A stretch of DNA of 64,000 nucleotides from assembly GCA_034530875.2 (NCBI GenBank), contig JAVRCJ020000001.1, forward strand, positions 224,001-288,000, read 5' to 3'. Below, piece by piece: positions 63,057 through 64,000 of the stretch. Below the pieces are notes generated by a model. It saw only the letters and a program-made list of their open reading frames with translations. It made no database searches and was not told where the DNA came from. How positions within the stretch are numbered: the first letter of the stretch is position 1; the number at the start of each line of letters is the position of its first letter. A program made the position numbers and the translations under genes. The DNA is from Nostoc sp. DedSLP01. GTDB taxonomy: Bacteria > Cyanobacteriota > Cyanobacteriia > Cyanobacteriales > Nostocaceae.

Positions 63057-63944
63057 ATGAAAACAATTAGTTTACTTTTTAGCGAAGAACGCAACCAACT
63101 CCAGACAGATATTGACAACGCCAGCAGCATCGATGAGGTAATAAAACTGGTTCAAAATCAACTCGATGGTCTGGAAAAAAATTATATTAGCGAATTAAAT
63201 CTCATTCAAATACGTCTAGCTTCCTTCTTTTTGGATATGCTACGACAGTCAATTGCTACTCTTGCTGCAACTAGCTTTGTTCAAATCGCTCCCACTGAGC
63301 AAAAGCAAATTATTAATTCAGCGACACCATTTTACCTTAGCAGATTAGTCCTGAAAATACTTAAGGCTGTGATTTATCTGGGCATTTTCAGTTCATTATT
63401 CTCTTTAACCAAAACTACATCAAGTGGCTGGATGCCTATATTGCTGACGAGTCTGCTTTTAGGACTAGAAGTTGTACTGCAACTTGATAAAAGTAAATTA
63501 ACTTCTGTTGAATCCTTAGAAATACGCCAACCTATTTTAAAAGTTGATAGCAAAGTTTTTTTAGATAATCTTGCCGATGCTTTTAACACTATCGACCTGG
63601 CAATTGCTAGATTTGCAGAAGGAAACAAAATAGAAAGCAATGACACCATAGAAGAACTACCAGAATTATTGATTTTTTTACAGAGGCTTCTAGGTGCATC
63701 ATTTCTGAATAAACCCCAAATGACAAACGAACTAGTAAAACTGTTACCGCAGATTTTAATGTCCCAAGGAATTCGCTTTTCAATTTACCAACCGCAAGCA
63801 CAAGATAGTCACCGCGAGTATTTTGACTTTGAGCCAAGTATCGACCCATCTACCAAAGATTATGTCACTATTACACCTGCTTTGTTAAAAGGCGATCGCT
63901 TACTCAGTCGCGGCCGGGTAATTGAACCAGCTTATTCTCATTAG
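63057..63944 (+). CDS. Hypothetical membrane protein (two TM segments)
   Basis: 295-aa ORF, central hydrophobic pair, C-terminal TPALLKGDRLLSRGRV. Confidence 0.75.
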   Translation: MKTISLLFSEERNQLQTDIDNASSIDEVIKLVQNQLDGLEKNYISELNLIQIRLASFFLDMLRQSIATLAATSFVQIAPTEQKQIINSATPFYLSRLVLKILKAVIYLGIFSSLFSLTKTTSSGWMPILLTSLLLGLEVVLQLDKSKLTSVESLEIRQPILKVDSKVFLDNLADAFNTIDLAIARFAEGNKIESNDTIEELPELLIFLQRLLGASFLNKPQMTNELVKLLPQILMSQGIRFSIYQPQAQDSHREYFDFEPSIDPSTKDYVTITPALLKGDRLLSRGRVIEPAYSH

Positions 63945-64000
63945 AAGGCAGGAGGCAGAAGGGAAAAGCCAGTTGCGATCGGGGTTTTGAACTTTTGGAT

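Overview
Chromosomal window from a heterocyst-forming cyanobacterium (Nostoc-like). This assignment is inferred from abundant HIP1 GCGATCGC sites, heptamer STRR arrays, Uma2/XisI genes and giant Ser/Thr+His kinases. Left to right: an fdhF/ydeP-fdhD locus with two tandem Uma2 paralogs; a ~5 kb zone of decayed genes (integrase remnant, a kinase pseudogene hit by a MITE, a nonsense codon and an IS5 element, plus flavoprotein reductase and glycosyltransferase remnants); three sensor kinases; a 3091-aa two-module NRPS (C-A-T-C-A[NMT]-T-R) followed by a probable free-proline 4-hydroxylase; miscellaneous enzymes; a cluster of four Crp/Fnr paralogs with four atypical receiver proteins and a hybrid kinase; and core-like genes (TrmH family, tRNA-Leu(CAG), phosphoketolase, rimM, avtA, frmA, PaaK-like ligase) with a truncated RAYT and its REPs. 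The most notable candidate system is the NRPS. Its first A domain (proline-clade) is interrupted by a PilZ-like domain at the same site where module 2 carries an N-methyltransferase, and the gene sits 37 bp behind a multi-domain kinase, suggesting a signal-gated hydroxyprolyl-sarcosine-derived small molecule. Second is a shared GTRCG-N4-YGTAC box with class II promoter spacing, found three times in the Crp cluster. All calls come from reading motifs by eye; no searches were run.
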